This document shows positions 1 to 10,714 of a stretch of 64,000 bases of DNA, in pieces (the stretch's first letter is position 1; every line of letters starts with the position of its first letter). A program made the position numbers and the translations under genes. Origin of the DNA: a virus. The DNA lies in IMG/VR virus record IMGVR_UViG_3300029957_000006, positions 32,001 to 96,000 of that record, one strand, 5' to 3'. A model generated the notes under the pieces. It saw only the letters and a list, made by a program, of their open reading frames with translations, made no database searches and had not been told where the DNA came from.

Positions 1-191
1 TTATTTGGATTAGCTTTTTTATATGCTAAAATATCTTTAAAATTTTCAATCTGACGATTAGGACTATGACCTTGATCATGGGTATCAAAATAATCACCAA
101 TGAAGATTACCTTATCGGCATCATCTTCTTTAGCAGTTATTTCTTTCCATTTATTTCTTCCGTGGGTATCTCCAAGAGCAATTATTTTCAT
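1..191 (-). CDS. metallophosphoesterase, N-terminal part (runs off window edge)
   Basis: Translated by hand from ATG at 191: MKIIALGDTHG...VIFIGDYFD (DxH and GDxxD motifs); ATGA overlap with upstream stop; absent from ORF track. Confidence 0.8.
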   Translation of the reverse strand, partial: MKIIALGDTHGRNKWKEITAKEDDADKVIFIGDYFDTHDQGHSPNRQIENFKDILAYKKANPN

Positions 192-775
192 TTTTGTTTA
201 TGTTTTAAAATAGCAACAGATAATTTCTTATATTCCATACATTTAGGAATGAACCTACTTATTTTTTTCATAAATAATTCACAATCTTTTCTGTTAACTA
301 ATCGTATTGATTTTCTAGATACTCTAAAAATTATTGAGAATTTCTTTTTGAAATAGTTAATGATAAGTTTTCGTTCATTATCCGTAAAACTATCTACAGA
401 TAATGAAATATGACAATTATTTCCATTATAATATACACTACCATCATCTAAATACCAAAGACAAATTCCTTTATTTGTTAATTTATTTAATATTTCTGTG
501 GTAACAATTTTATTCGGTTTATAAAATTTATCATATATTCTTTTTCGTTTACTTAATGGAATTTTAACAACTATTGTTAAATTTGTATAATATTTTTTAG
601 TTCTAATGTCATATCTTTTTCTATTATACTCTCCATATGGATATCCCAATATATTTGCTTTCCACTTGGCATATTCTTTATTTTTTTGAGAAAAAGAAAA
701 CACATAATCTCCTTTTTCATTCTTAAAAATCCAAGAATCACCTAATAATGTTCCATATATAAGTGAATCTTTCAT
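188..775 (-). CDS. free-standing LAGLIDADG homing endonuclease
   Basis: Two LAGLIDADG-like helices: IYGTLLGDS and LWYLDDGS. Confidence 0.8.
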   Translation of the reverse strand: MKDSLIYGTLLGDSWIFKNEKGDYVFSFSQKNKEYAKWKANILGYPYGEYNRKRYDIRTKKYYTNLTIVVKIPLSKRKRIYDKFYKPNKIVTTEILNKLTNKGICLWYLDDGSVYYNGNNCHISLSVDSFTDNERKLIINYFKKKFSIIFRVSRKSIRLVNRKDCELFMKKISRFIPKCMEYKKLSVAILKHKQK

Positions 776-1434
776 AGAACTACTTCTATTATGATTGGTT
801 TATTTTGCATTACATAATTATGATTCAATACACTAGCATTTACAAATGTACCTCCATCTGGAAAATCAACACGTCCATAACCTTCATGTATATGTCCACA
901 TACATGAAGTTTTAAATTAACCAACTCACTTATCTTTTCCAATAAATAAGGACAACCAGTTATATCACCTTGCATAGTCATATCCAAATATCCCTTAACT
1001 GGTCCGTGTGTGATCAATATATTTGTATCCAAAGGAATGAGGTCCCAATGTTTACAAATCGCAGGGCCTACACGATTAAATGCCCAATTATAAAACCAAG
1101 GTTGAACTGGACTTCCCCATATCTTTATTCCATCAATCTCACATCCTGTATCATTAAGATAAATGATATTTGGATATTTAGCTAATAGTGTTTTAATATC
1201 TTCTGGTTTAGCTTGTTCAAAATAAAAATCATGATTACCAGCTATGAGTATTTTATTCTTAAATGGCAAATCATTATACCATCGTAAAAAAGCGACTACT
1301 TCATCAATATATCCACGACCAGTCATATCACCAGAATGGATGATAGTCTCAATACTTCCATCAGTATTTTCCAAATACTTATTTGGTATTTTATTGTGTT
1401 GATTGTGTGTATCACTAATGCAAATTACTTTCAT
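772..1434 (-). CDS. metallophosphoesterase (calcineurin-like)
   Basis: ISDTH, HSGD, IAGNHD, THGP, CGHIH motifs. Confidence 0.9.
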   Translation of the reverse strand: MKVICISDTHNQHNKIPNKYLENTDGSIETIIHSGDMTGRGYIDEVVAFLRWYNDLPFKNKILIAGNHDFYFEQAKPEDIKTLLAKYPNIIYLNDTGCEIDGIKIWGSPVQPWFYNWAFNRVGPAICKHWDLIPLDTNILITHGPVKGYLDMTMQGDITGCPYLLEKISELVNLKLHVCGHIHEGYGRVDFPDGGTFVNASVLNHNYVMQNKPIIIEVVL

Positions 1435-1438
1435 AATC

Positions 1439-1726
1439 TTAATCAATCATTGTTGTATAATTATCCCACGCTTGTTGTGGTGTCATTTTTTTATCATAAT
1501 AAACTTCTTTCCAGAACTCTATCATCCATTTACTATTTAGTGGATACTGATGTGGTGAGAATTTAAAAGCAATCATTTTTAATTCATCCATCCAATTATT
1601 AAATAGATTGAACTTTAATACCACACCTAGTGTTGGTAGTGGAAAGAAATATAGCCATTTGTTTTTTCTATCCCATAAAAATCCAATCCAAATGTCATAC
1701 CAAGCAAATAAAAATTCCAGTTTCAT
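1439..1726 (-). CDS. hypothetical protein
   Basis: ORF tightly packed in operon. Confidence 0.6.
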   Translation of the reverse strand: MKLEFLFAWYDIWIGFLWDRKNKWLYFFPLPTLGVVLKFNLFNNWMDELKMIAFKFSPHQYPLNSKWMIEFWKEVYYDKKMTPQQAWDNYTTMID

Positions 1727-3028
1727 TTATGAGAAATTTTCGCTATGTGTGTAATCAGTTGAATCTGTTGGAGCAGCATCAAATCCACCAAGACTTGCAT
1801 TACCTTGAACTCCAAGATCAAGTGGTGTATCTACTTGTTGTATGGTTTGTTGATCATCATTGTTTAAAGCATCTCCAATCATTGCACCCATCATATTACC
1901 ACCCATCATGGTTCCCATAAGAGTTGAATTAGTTACATAACCCCAAATCAGTGATTCAATGAATGAATCATCACCATTTGGATACTGTTGTTGAAGTTGT
2001 GAACGTTTTTCATAATATGATGAATCCTTTACTCGTTCAGTTTTAACTTCACGATGATTAAAGTAATCTCTTACATAGGTATCATCCTTTGTTATATGTA
2101 AGCCATTTGAATCTCTTTCAGTTATAGTTTTAACTGTTGGTGTGAATTCTTGAACTCGTTTCAAATACTGACGTTTAGCTATGTCACCATGCCAAATATG
2201 ATACAAGTCACCTTTAGCATATCCAATTTTACCTTTTACTACATTATAAAATTGCTTGGACCAAGCATTGATCTCATCCAGATTTTCAGTAAATGATTTT
2301 TGAATGCAAGAATGATCAAAGTGACCAGCAGCTGCATGTGCAATGACATGATCAGCACCACCAACCAAAGCACGATCATACAATGGAACAGCATCTAAAA
2401 CTTCACGTCTTGCACCCCATGCAAATCCGACATGACCATGCTTATCATAATTGGAATTACATGAAAGAATACCATGAGTATCAGCATGATTTGCTGAGAA
2501 GCTTCTCCACATTTTTGGATGTCTTGTTTTTGGATCACTTACATATTCATATTCATGTGTTACATCAAAGTCTGGTTCCATTTGATCTTGATCCAAATGG
2601 ATACAGTATTCAAATGGTTGAACTATGTTGTTTGTCTGTAAGGATTTAACACTATCAACCAACCAATTCTTATTGGTAAAGATGACATCTGCATCAACCC
2701 AGAACACATATTTGTATTTAGGGTCCAATCGTTTAACAATAAGATTCAATAGGGTTTCTTTATGCCAGAGTAAATTTTCTGTTTTTATTGTCGTAATATG
2801 CGGATTCTCAGGCCAATTAGGTAATAATTGTGGTTGAGCACCATCAATCAAGCACTCAATAATCTCATGATTAAGATGCTTGATTGAATCATAAAACTTG
2901 TTGAATGCCTTTAAACGATAAGGATTGTTTTGCGGATTGAAGTAGCAAGAAATGATTATTGCTTCTGAATGCGTTTTGTATTTATTTCCGAATAGGAAAT
3001 TGTTTTTGAAAGCGTCTATAAGTGTCAT
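1727..3028 (-). CDS. glycosyltransferase-like protein (GT-A fold) with low-complexity C-terminus
   Basis: YVFWVDADVIF DxD motif, GGAD, HIWHG. Confidence 0.6.
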   Translation of the reverse strand: MTLIDAFKNNFLFGNKYKTHSEAIIISCYFNPQNNPYRLKAFNKFYDSIKHLNHEIIECLIDGAQPQLLPNWPENPHITTIKTENLLWHKETLLNLIVKRLDPKYKYVFWVDADVIFTNKNWLVDSVKSLQTNNIVQPFEYCIHLDQDQMEPDFDVTHEYEYVSDPKTRHPKMWRSFSANHADTHGILSCNSNYDKHGHVGFAWGARREVLDAVPLYDRALVGGADHVIAHAAAGHFDHSCIQKSFTENLDEINAWSKQFYNVVKGKIGYAKGDLYHIWHGDIAKRQYLKRVQEFTPTVKTITERDSNGLHITKDDTYVRDYFNHREVKTERVKDSSYYEKRSQLQQQYPNGDDSFIESLIWGYVTNSTLMGTMMGGNMMGAMIGDALNNDDQQTIQQVDTPLDLGVQGNASLGGFDAAPTDSTDYTHSENFS

Positions 3029-3042
3029 TTGATTATTTTTTA

Positions 3043-3074
3043 CAAAGGTACAACATTAATGTGATCCATACAAG
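3043..3074 (-). promoter_or_regulatory. Bacteroidota-type promoter
   Basis: TACCTTTG at 3043-3050, TTG box 20 nt upstream. Confidence 0.7.
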
Positions 3075-3080
3075 ATATTT

Positions 3081-3512
3081 TTAACTATATCCCATCATTT
3101 TTTCTGAAGCTTCAATTACTTTATCATCATACCATTGATTAAAAAGTTTATTCAAAGCTGATTTATGCTTCAATATTTCATCATTTTCCACAATATAATT
3201 AGCTAAAAAATTGGGATTTATTTTTCCATAAACAACATGATTTACACTCCAATTTGTTTGTCCAAGTTGTACACTACATTTAGATAAAAAATCACTAAAA
3301 TTAGCTGCAAAAACTTTAACTCCATTTGCAAACCAATCATCATAAACCTTATTTAAACATGGTAAATGTCCAAATATAATTCTAAGATTAACTTTTAATA
3401 AGTTAAAATCCAATTTTGAATTATAAATAACATCAATGATTATAATATCATCAGCTAATGTGACTTTATAATTTCTGTTTAAAAAGTTACTAACTAATAA
3501 TTCATCACTCAT
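3081..3512 (-). CDS. hypothetical protein
   Basis: ORF in operon. Confidence 0.6.
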   Translation of the reverse strand: MSDELLVSNFLNRNYKVTLADDIIIIDVIYNSKLDFNLLKVNLRIIFGHLPCLNKVYDDWFANGVKVFAANFSDFLSKCSVQLGQTNWSVNHVVYGKINPNFLANYIVENDEILKHKSALNKLFNQWYDDKVIEASEKMMGYS

Positions 3513-3513
3513 C

Positions 3514-5130
3514 TTACTTTTTGTCTTTAGACCATGAATCCTTAAGTGTAACAGTCCGATTGAAAATCAATTTATTTGGACCTGATTCCTTATCAGCACA
3601 GAAATATCCCAAGCGAATAAATTGAAACTTATCACCAGCATTTGCATTAATCAAATCTGGTTCACCATAAGCTGTGTCGATTATCTTTAAACTATTTGGG
3701 TTAATATCTGCAAGTCCTTCTGGTTCTTCTACATTAAATAATCGATCATATAAATTTACTTGCACAGGAATTGCATGCTCAGCACTAACAAAATGAATAG
3801 TACCTTTTGCCTTAATACCACTTACATCATTTCCACTTTTACTATCAGGATAATATGTGCAATGAACTTCTGTTACATTTCCATTATCATCCTTCAAGAA
3901 GGATTCACATTTTACAATATAAGCACTTTTCAATCGTACATTTAATCCAACAGCAAGACGAAAAAAACCTTTGATTGGTTCTTCCATAAAGTCATCTCGT
4001 TCAATCCATAATTCTCGACCAAATGGAATATTTCGTTCTCCACTACCTTCCAATTCTGGATTATTTTCACTAGATAAATTTTCTGTTTTTCCTTCTTCGT
4101 AATTATCAATGATTAACTTCAAAGGATTAACAACAACCATTCTACGTGTAGCAGTTTTGTTTAATTCTTCACGAATACAAAATTCCAAAAGACTCACATC
4201 AATGATATTTTCTCTTCGAGCAACACCAACTAGATCACAGAATTTACGAATGCTATCTGATGTATATCCACGTCTCCTTAACCCACTGATTGTTGGCATA
4301 CGAGGATCATCCCATCCATTAACATGTTTATCATTAACCAATTCAAGTAGTTTACGCTTACTCATTATGGTATAGTTCATATTCAAACGAGCAAACTCAT
4401 ATTGAGTTGATGGATAGATTTCCAGCTTATCAATAAACCAATCATAAAGAGGTCTGTGTGGTTCAAACTCTAGTGTGCAAATTGAATGTGTAATTTTTTC
4501 AATTGAATCACTTTGTCCATGAGCAAAATCATACATTGGATAAATGCACCAACGATCACCTGTACGATAATGATTTATGTGTTTGATTCGATAAAGCAAT
4601 GGATCACGCATTAGCATATTTGGTGATGCCATATCAATTCTAGCTCGGAGAGTTTTTTCACCATCACCAAATTCTCTGTTTTTCATTCGAAAGAACAAGT
4701 CTAAATTTTCTGATATAGTACGATTTCTATATGGAGAATCAATACCAGCACTTGTAGGTGTTCCTTTCATTGCTGCTATTTCTTCAGCACTGGAATCATC
4801 AACATAAGCTAACCCATTAAAAATTAATTTTAATGCGTATCTAAATAAATGATCAAAATAATCACTAGTGTATGTTTCTTTGTTCCATTTAAATCCTAAC
4901 CAAGTAATATCTTCTTTGATACTATTTACATAGGTTAAATCTTCAGTCGTTGGATTTGTATCATCAAAACGAAGATTTGTTTTTCCACCAAATTTTTCAG
5001 CCAAGCCAAAATTAAGTACAATGCTTTTAGCATGTCCTATGTGTAGATAGCCATTTGGTTCTGGTGGAAATCTTGTGATTAATCCTTCACCTATATTTTC
5101 TTCTGTTATGATTTCTTCTAAAAAATTCAT
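3514..5130 (-). CDS. glnS: glutaminyl-tRNA synthetase
   Basis: TRFPPEPNGYLHIGH, RFDDTNP, MSKRKL, WDDPRMPT, FQFIRLGYF. Confidence 0.97.
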   Translation of the reverse strand: MNFLEEIITEENIGEGLITRFPPEPNGYLHIGHAKSIVLNFGLAEKFGGKTNLRFDDTNPTTEDLTYVNSIKEDITWLGFKWNKETYTSDYFDHLFRYALKLIFNGLAYVDDSSAEEIAAMKGTPTSAGIDSPYRNRTISENLDLFFRMKNREFGDGEKTLRARIDMASPNMLMRDPLLYRIKHINHYRTGDRWCIYPMYDFAHGQSDSIEKITHSICTLEFEPHRPLYDWFIDKLEIYPSTQYEFARLNMNYTIMSKRKLLELVNDKHVNGWDDPRMPTISGLRRRGYTSDSIRKFCDLVGVARRENIIDVSLLEFCIREELNKTATRRMVVVNPLKLIIDNYEEGKTENLSSENNPELEGSGERNIPFGRELWIERDDFMEEPIKGFFRLAVGLNVRLKSAYIVKCESFLKDDNGNVTEVHCTYYPDSKSGNDVSGIKAKGTIHFVSAEHAIPVQVNLYDRLFNVEEPEGLADINPNSLKIIDTAYGEPDLINANAGDKFQFIRLGYFCADKESGPNKLIFNRTVTLKDSWSKDKK

Positions 5131-5135
5131 AAATA

Positions 5136-5594
5136 TTATTTTAAGTCACAGTTAATTAATGTTTGTTCGTGAAATTCTTCTGGTGTGTATTTCACATAAC
5201 CTTCTGATTGATATAACCACATATATTTAAGTCCAGCAGCTAGAATAAGCTTAGAACACTGCCAACAACTAGGTTTCTCACTTGTAACCGCTTTCCCATC
5301 AACAACCTTTACATGAAGCATTTCACATTCACCAATACCTCCAGCTGCTTCTATAATAAAAGGAACCATTGGTAATTTCATCAGAGCTGATTGTTCAGCA
5401 TGTACAGCAGTTTTAGCACAATTAGCTCTACATTTTTCACTACCATCACAAACATGTGGTAATGGTGGTGCATTCCAACCATAACTAACCAATCCTACTT
5501 TACGATTCCAAATAACTACACCACGCTGGCTTTTACATTTAGAGTTATTGGCTGAATCAACTGCCATTTTTAATGCCCATTGTTCATCAAACAT
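5136..5594 (-). CDS. zinc-dependent cytidine/deoxycytidylate deaminase family protein (divergent)
   Basis: HAE and PSCWQC zinc motifs. Confidence 0.8.
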   Translation of the reverse strand: MFDEQWALKMAVDSANNSKCKSQRGVVIWNRKVGLVSYGWNAPPLPHVCDGSEKCRANCAKTAVHAEQSALMKLPMVPFIIEAAGGIGECEMLHVKVVDGKAVTSEKPSCWQCSKLILAAGLKYMWLYQSEGYVKYTPEEFHEQTLINCDLK

Positions 5595-5596
5595 AA

Positions 5597-7543
5597 TTAT
5601 AGTCTTATAAGTGTTAAATTAATATTCTTTCTTTCAACATCAACTGATTTAACTACGATCATTACTTCATCACCAAGTCTAATACGTTCACCTGTATTAA
5701 TTCCTTTCACACAATAGTTACTTGTATCAGCTGTGAAGGTATCACCACCAATTTCTGATAATCTCACAAGCCCTTCGCATTTGTTTTCTAGGATTTCAAC
5801 AAAGACACCATAATCAGCTACTGATGTAATGATTCCTTTGTAAACTTTTCCTACACGTTCTGACATGTAAATACACTGCATGTATTTGATTGATTCACGT
5901 TCAGCTTTTTGTGCTTTCTTTTCTCTTTCAGACAAGTATAAACATCTTCCTTCAAGTCGTTCCAATTTAGGTGTTGGTTTATTATCAAGATATCTTCCTA
6001 ATAATCTATGAACCATTACATCTGGATAACGTCTGATAGGACTTGTGAAGTGTGTGTAGTCTTTAAATCCAAGACCATAATGACCAATATTTGCTGTTCG
6101 ATAATCAGCTTTTTGCATTGTACGAACAACCAAGTTACTAATGATATCTTCTTCTGACGTTCCTTTAACATCAGTAAGAAGCTTATTAAGTGTAGTTGTA
6201 ATTTCAACTGGGTCTTGTGTTTTGATATCGTAACCAAATTGCTTAATGAAGTCTTTAAGGTTTTCCAATTTTTCTTCATTAGGTTTATCATGGGCACGAT
6301 TAACCATTGGCAATTTCTTGTCATTGATGAACTTTGCAACACGTCTATTTGCCAACAACATGTATTCTTCAATCAACTTGTTTGAATCTTTTCCAACCTT
6401 GAAAATAATTCCTGTTGGTTTATTGTTCTCATCCAATTTGAAACGAACTTCTTGTTTATCAAAAGAAATAGAACCCTTAGCTAATCGAGCTTTACGCATT
6501 CTCTTAGCTATTTGATCTAGGGTGATAATTGCATTTTTCAAATCAATTTCTTCTGCCAATGAAAAGAATGATTTTTTCACAAGTTCAGCTTCAATTATTT
6601 CTTGAGCTTCTTCATACGAATATCTATGATTTGAATTGATAACTGTTCTTCCAAACCATTCTTCAAGTACATGACCATTTTCATTAAGCTTAAATATTGC
6701 TGAGAAGCATAATTTATCTTCATGTGGTCTTAGACTACACAATCCATTTGAAAGTCGCTCTGGAAGCATAGGAACACATCTATCAACAAGATAAACGCTG
6801 GTTCCTCTCATGTATGCTTCTTTATCTAATGCAGTATCTGGACGCAAATAATGGCTTACATCGGCAATGTGAACACCAACAATATAAACTCGTTCCATTG
6901 TCTCACCATCAATAATGCTTTCAAACGATAACGCATCATCAAAGTCTTTTGCATCAACTGGATCAATGGTAAAGGTTAATACATCACGCATATCTCTACG
7001 CTTATCAATCTCTGATTGAGGGATGATATCTGAAATAGCTTCTGCTTCTGCAATCACATCACCATCAAAATCATAAGGAAGACCATATTCTTCTAGGATG
7101 CTATGTATTTCTGTTTCATGTTCACCAGCATCACCGATTACTCGAATGATCTCACCATTAGGATTTTTAGCATCATCTTTCCATTCAGTTAAACGAGCAA
7201 TAACCTTTTGTCCATCCTTAGCACCAAGTATCTTGGTGATTGGAATGAAGAAATCTATTGGTAATTTATTGCTATCTGGAACAAAGAAAGCATAACGTGG
7301 TGATACTTGTATCACACCAACAAATTCTGTCCTAAATCGTTCAAGTATTACTAATACTTCACCTTCAAGTGCTCGTCCATTACCTGGTATAACCTTGATC
7401 CTAACTGTATCTAAATGTAATGCTTTATTCGTATTGTTTTTGTGGATATAAATATCCTTTGGTAAATCATTACTTACCAAGTATGCTGAGCCACTAGCAT
7501 TCATTGCTATCTTCCCCTCTAAAATGTCTCCTATATTAATCAT
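5597..7543 (-). CDS. rnr: ribonuclease R
   Basis: TIDPVDAKDFDDA, HFTSPIRRYPD, C-terminal S1 domain. Confidence 0.95.
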   Translation of the reverse strand: MINIGDILEGKIAMNASGSAYLVSNDLPKDIYIHKNNTNKALHLDTVRIKVIPGNGRALEGEVLVILERFRTEFVGVIQVSPRYAFFVPDSNKLPIDFFIPITKILGAKDGQKVIARLTEWKDDAKNPNGEIIRVIGDAGEHETEIHSILEEYGLPYDFDGDVIAEAEAISDIIPQSEIDKRRDMRDVLTFTIDPVDAKDFDDALSFESIIDGETMERVYIVGVHIADVSHYLRPDTALDKEAYMRGTSVYLVDRCVPMLPERLSNGLCSLRPHEDKLCFSAIFKLNENGHVLEEWFGRTVINSNHRYSYEEAQEIIEAELVKKSFFSLAEEIDLKNAIITLDQIAKRMRKARLAKGSISFDKQEVRFKLDENNKPTGIIFKVGKDSNKLIEEYMLLANRRVAKFINDKKLPMVNRAHDKPNEEKLENLKDFIKQFGYDIKTQDPVEITTTLNKLLTDVKGTSEEDIISNLVVRTMQKADYRTANIGHYGLGFKDYTHFTSPIRRYPDVMVHRLLGRYLDNKPTPKLERLEGRCLYLSEREKKAQKAERESIKYMQCIYMSERVGKVYKGIITSVADYGVFVEILENKCEGLVRLSEIGGDTFTADTSNYCVKGINTGERIRLGDEVMIVVKSVDVERKNINLTLIRL

Positions 7544-7561
7544 ATTTTTGTTTTTATTTTA

Positions 7562-8527
7562 TTAAATTTCTTTCATTATAACGTAATCATCTCCATCTTC
7601 AAAATCATCTCCATCAATATTTTTCAATCCATTTGATTTACAGTATTCAGATACTGTTCCAATAATTGTAAACCCTTCTCTTTTGTAAAAAGATAATGGA
7701 GCACCACCTTTATCAACATAAGATAATATTTTACTACAACCAAAATCTTTAGCTTTTTCATATAAATGCATCATGATTTGCTTGCCAAATCCCATATTTC
7801 TTAATTCTGGTATTACACCAAGCCATCCAAGCCAAAGTTCATTTGTATCTTTAGCTTCATTCAGTGTATATAATCCACAAATACCAATTGGTTTATTACC
7901 TAATTTCACCAGCCATACTTCCCATAGTCTATCTGTTTTGCCATGAGTAGAAGGAATTACTTTACACCATACCAATGATGTTTGATAAAATACTAAATCG
8001 AAATCTTCAACTAAAGGTTTTAATATGGGACCAAACTCATAAATGTTTCGTGTTTGATTGAATGAGAGCTTATCATCAAGTATTAATTGCATGATAGTAA
8101 ATTCTTCATCTTCATAGATTAGATGTTTGACAATCTTCCAACCATATTTATCATGATATTTTGCAGCATCCAATGTATCCAGATAAATTATTTGATATCC
8201 TTTGGATAAGGCCCAATCAAATCTTAATTTTGACATTATTCTTCCATATCCATTACCACGATATTCTGGTTCTATCCATAATAATGTATTATATGGTGAA
8301 ATATCCATTCCATCTTCATCTCTTACTGTGTCAAATACCCCAGTACCAATTGGTTTATCACCATCTAATGCTATAAAACAAATAGAGTCTTTATCATGAA
8401 TCAACCATCTGTCAAATTCTGAATTTGCTTCTTCCAATGATATACCCCATCTTTTTAAAATGATAGATATAACATATCCTCGATAAAATTCAATTGCTTG
8501 TATTGTTTTGAAATTTGAATTGATCAT
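7562..8527 (-). CDS. tandem GNAT acetyltransferase
   Basis: Two acetyl-CoA motifs: PEYRGNGYG and PELRNMGFG. Confidence 0.8.
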   Translation of the reverse strand: MINSNFKTIQAIEFYRGYVISIILKRWGISLEEANSEFDRWLIHDKDSICFIALDGDKPIGTGVFDTVRDEDGMDISPYNTLLWIEPEYRGNGYGRIMSKLRFDWALSKGYQIIYLDTLDAAKYHDKYGWKIVKHLIYEDEEFTIMQLILDDKLSFNQTRNIYEFGPILKPLVEDFDLVFYQTSLVWCKVIPSTHGKTDRLWEVWLVKLGNKPIGICGLYTLNEAKDTNELWLGWLGVIPELRNMGFGKQIMMHLYEKAKDFGCSKILSYVDKGGAPLSFYKREGFTIIGTVSEYCKSNGLKNIDGDDFEDGDDYVIMKEI

Positions 8528-8528
8528 A

Positions 8529-8912
8529 TTAACACATATTTTCTATTTCATCTTCAAATAAGAAGACTTGTTCTTTGAACCACATAATATTTTTCCAATT
8601 ATTACCTCTATTAGTGGTAAAATTTTCAATTAATTTATAAACTCGTTGTCTTTGATAAAAACCAGAATTTGCAACTCCATCTGGATAGCCTAAAGCAATC
8701 TCTTCTTCTGTCCAAGACTCACTCATATTAGGTTCTTCTTGTTTAGTATTGAAGATATCTGGATGCCAATAATCCATATAACATGTTGCATAATCAATCT
8801 CACGAAGCATTCGATTATTCAAATCTTCAACGTTATCTGGTAAATGCTTATAGATTTCTGGATCATCTAGATCAACTTTTTCCCTACTAAAGCTTTCAGT
8901 GTGTTCTCTCAT
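8529..8912 (-). CDS. hypothetical protein
   Basis: ORF in operon. Confidence 0.6.
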   Translation of the reverse strand: MREHTESFSREKVDLDDPEIYKHLPDNVEDLNNRMLREIDYATCYMDYWHPDIFNTKQEEPNMSESWTEEEIALGYPDGVANSGFYQRQRVYKLIENFTTNRGNNWKNIMWFKEQVFLFEDEIENMC

Positions 8913-9665
8913 TTATTTTAATGTATTTGGGTATTCCATTTTCAGTGCTTCTAATTTTGCAACTAGAATTTTTGCAATCCAAAAATCTCTATACCATTTA
9001 TTATCAGCTGGAACAACATTCCATTTTATCTTTGATTCATTGAAAATTCTCTCGTAGACTTTCATGTAATCATCCCAAAGCTTCGATTCAATCAAGTCAT
9101 TGGCATTATACTTCCATTTCTTCTCAAGTGATGTTGCACGTTCTTTAAATCTAGCTACTTGTTCCTTCTTGGAAATATGGAGATAAAATTTGATAACATG
9201 TGTATTGTTATCTTCAAGCATTTCTTCAAAATTATTGATATGTTTATAACGTTTTTCAATAACTTTCTCTGGGAAGGTTTTATGAACACTAGGATAAAGA
9301 ATATCTTCGTAATGTGATCTATTGAATATTTCAATATTACCCTTTGAAGGCATGAGATTATGAATACGCCATAAGTAATCTTTTGATGCTTCAAAATCAT
9401 TTGGAGCCTTGAATGAATGGACATTTACTGCCATTGGATATAACCCATGATAAAGCTTATCAACTGTACTATCTTTACCAGCTGCATCAACACCTTGTAA
9501 CACAATTAGAATTGAATGTTTAGATTCAGCTCTCATTGTTTTATGAAGTTGTTCCAGCTTGATGTAAAGCTTTGCTGTCTCAGCCTTAATAGTTTCTTTA
9601 TCAAGTGCTTTTGGTGCTTTTGTGGAAATCTTATTTAGCATTTTATAATTTTTTATACCCATCAT
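8913..9665 (-). CDS. ppk2: polyphosphate kinase 2 family protein
   Basis: QGVDAAGKDS P-loop, FNRSHYE, VPADNKWYR. Confidence 0.92.
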   Translation of the reverse strand: MMGIKNYKMLNKISTKAPKALDKETIKAETAKLYIKLEQLHKTMRAESKHSILIVLQGVDAAGKDSTVDKLYHGLYPMAVNVHSFKAPNDFEASKDYLWRIHNLMPSKGNIEIFNRSHYEDILYPSVHKTFPEKVIEKRYKHINNFEEMLEDNNTHVIKFYLHISKKEQVARFKERATSLEKKWKYNANDLIESKLWDDYMKVYERIFNESKIKWNVVPADNKWYRDFWIAKILVAKLEALKMEYPNTLK

Positions 9666-10131
9666 TAAATAAATTGATAGCCAGTTCAGTTGTTAATTCA
9701 ATAGTAATCATTTTAATTTGGGATTCAAATTCTGGTACTGGTTCATATTCTTTTATTTCAATGTATGATTTATATATAAGTTTTAATTTAGGGTTAGCCT
9801 TATCTGTCATTACAAATAAATGAACAATAATATTATCTGGTTTTACATGGTTAGATTCATTTGGTGAATTCCCAAAAAGACCATTTAATTGATTATAAGA
9901 GTGAATGCTTGTTGATCCACTCATGAATGACATTTTATTATTATCTCTATCACCTTTGGATGCATTTACTACTTTATCCCAAACTTGTCCATCAAACAAT
10001 TCCATTGCAATCATCATAGCATCTAATTCAGTATAGCTTGCTAATTTGAAATAATCAAATGCTTCCCAAAAACAAGAGAATTTCCTACGTTCATGAATTG
10101 CTAATATCGTTTCGTTAACTTTTTTGGTCAT
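9643..10131 (-). CDS. hypothetical protein
   Basis: ORF in operon. Confidence 0.6.
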   Translation of the reverse strand: MTKKVNETILAIHERRKFSCFWEAFDYFKLASYTELDAMMIAMELFDGQVWDKVVNASKGDRDNNKMSFMSGSTSIHSYNQLNGLFGNSPNESNHVKPDNIIVHLFVMTDKANPKLKLIYKSYIEIKEYEPVPEFESQIKMITIELTTELAINLFNDGYKKL

Positions 10132-10646
10132 ACTAAAAAACTCTCCAATAAATTTTTGTAATTTTCTTCATCATTTTTTATCACACCAAATAAACGAGCA
10201 GCTATTGGTCTATAATTGTTTCGTTTATCCTCTTTAAATAATTCTTGGGTCCATATTGATGGAAATGTTTCTTTATTAAACCATAAATAAAGCAATGACG
10301 CATATCTATCAGCTATTATTTCTTCGCCAACGACATGCTCAAAAAAGGTTTCAAAATTTTCAGCTGATAATGCTTTGATTAAAGCTTCTTTACCCATCTT
10401 CTGTATGCGTTTATAATGGGCAATCTCGTGTAAAATAACATAGAATATTATACTATCATTATAGCGATTCAATTCCTCAGAATTAATGAATAGACCATAC
10501 ATTGTTGCAACACCAAGAGTATTGAATTTAATCTTTCTGTCTTTAAAATCAATCCCTGAAGCTTCCATAAATTCAAGTAACTTCTTGAAATTATGCCTTC
10601 CATTCTTTTTTGTCAATGCTATTTTCAAGGATTTATCAATCATCAT
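10128..10646 (-). CDS. putative zinc metallopeptidase-like protein
   Basis: ILHEIAH and downstream E-x-x-AD; start set just after promoter at 10648. Confidence 0.55.
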   Translation of the reverse strand: MMIDKSLKIALTKKNGRHNFKKLLEFMEASGIDFKDRKIKFNTLGVATMYGLFINSEELNRYNDSIIFYVILHEIAHYKRIQKMGKEALIKALSAENFETFFEHVVGEEIIADRYASLLYLWFNKETFPSIWTQELFKEDKRNNYRPIAARLFGVIKNDEENYKNLLESFLV

Positions 10647-10647
10647 A

Positions 10648-10679
10648 CAAAGGTACAAATAAAAAAGCAATTATCCAAA
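10648..10679 (-). promoter_or_regulatory. Bacteroidota-type promoter
   Basis: TTTG-N20-TACCTTTG directly before ATG. Confidence 0.75.
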
Positions 10680-10714
10680 TGTAATCCTTTGATGAAATTA
10701 AAGAATAACCACGG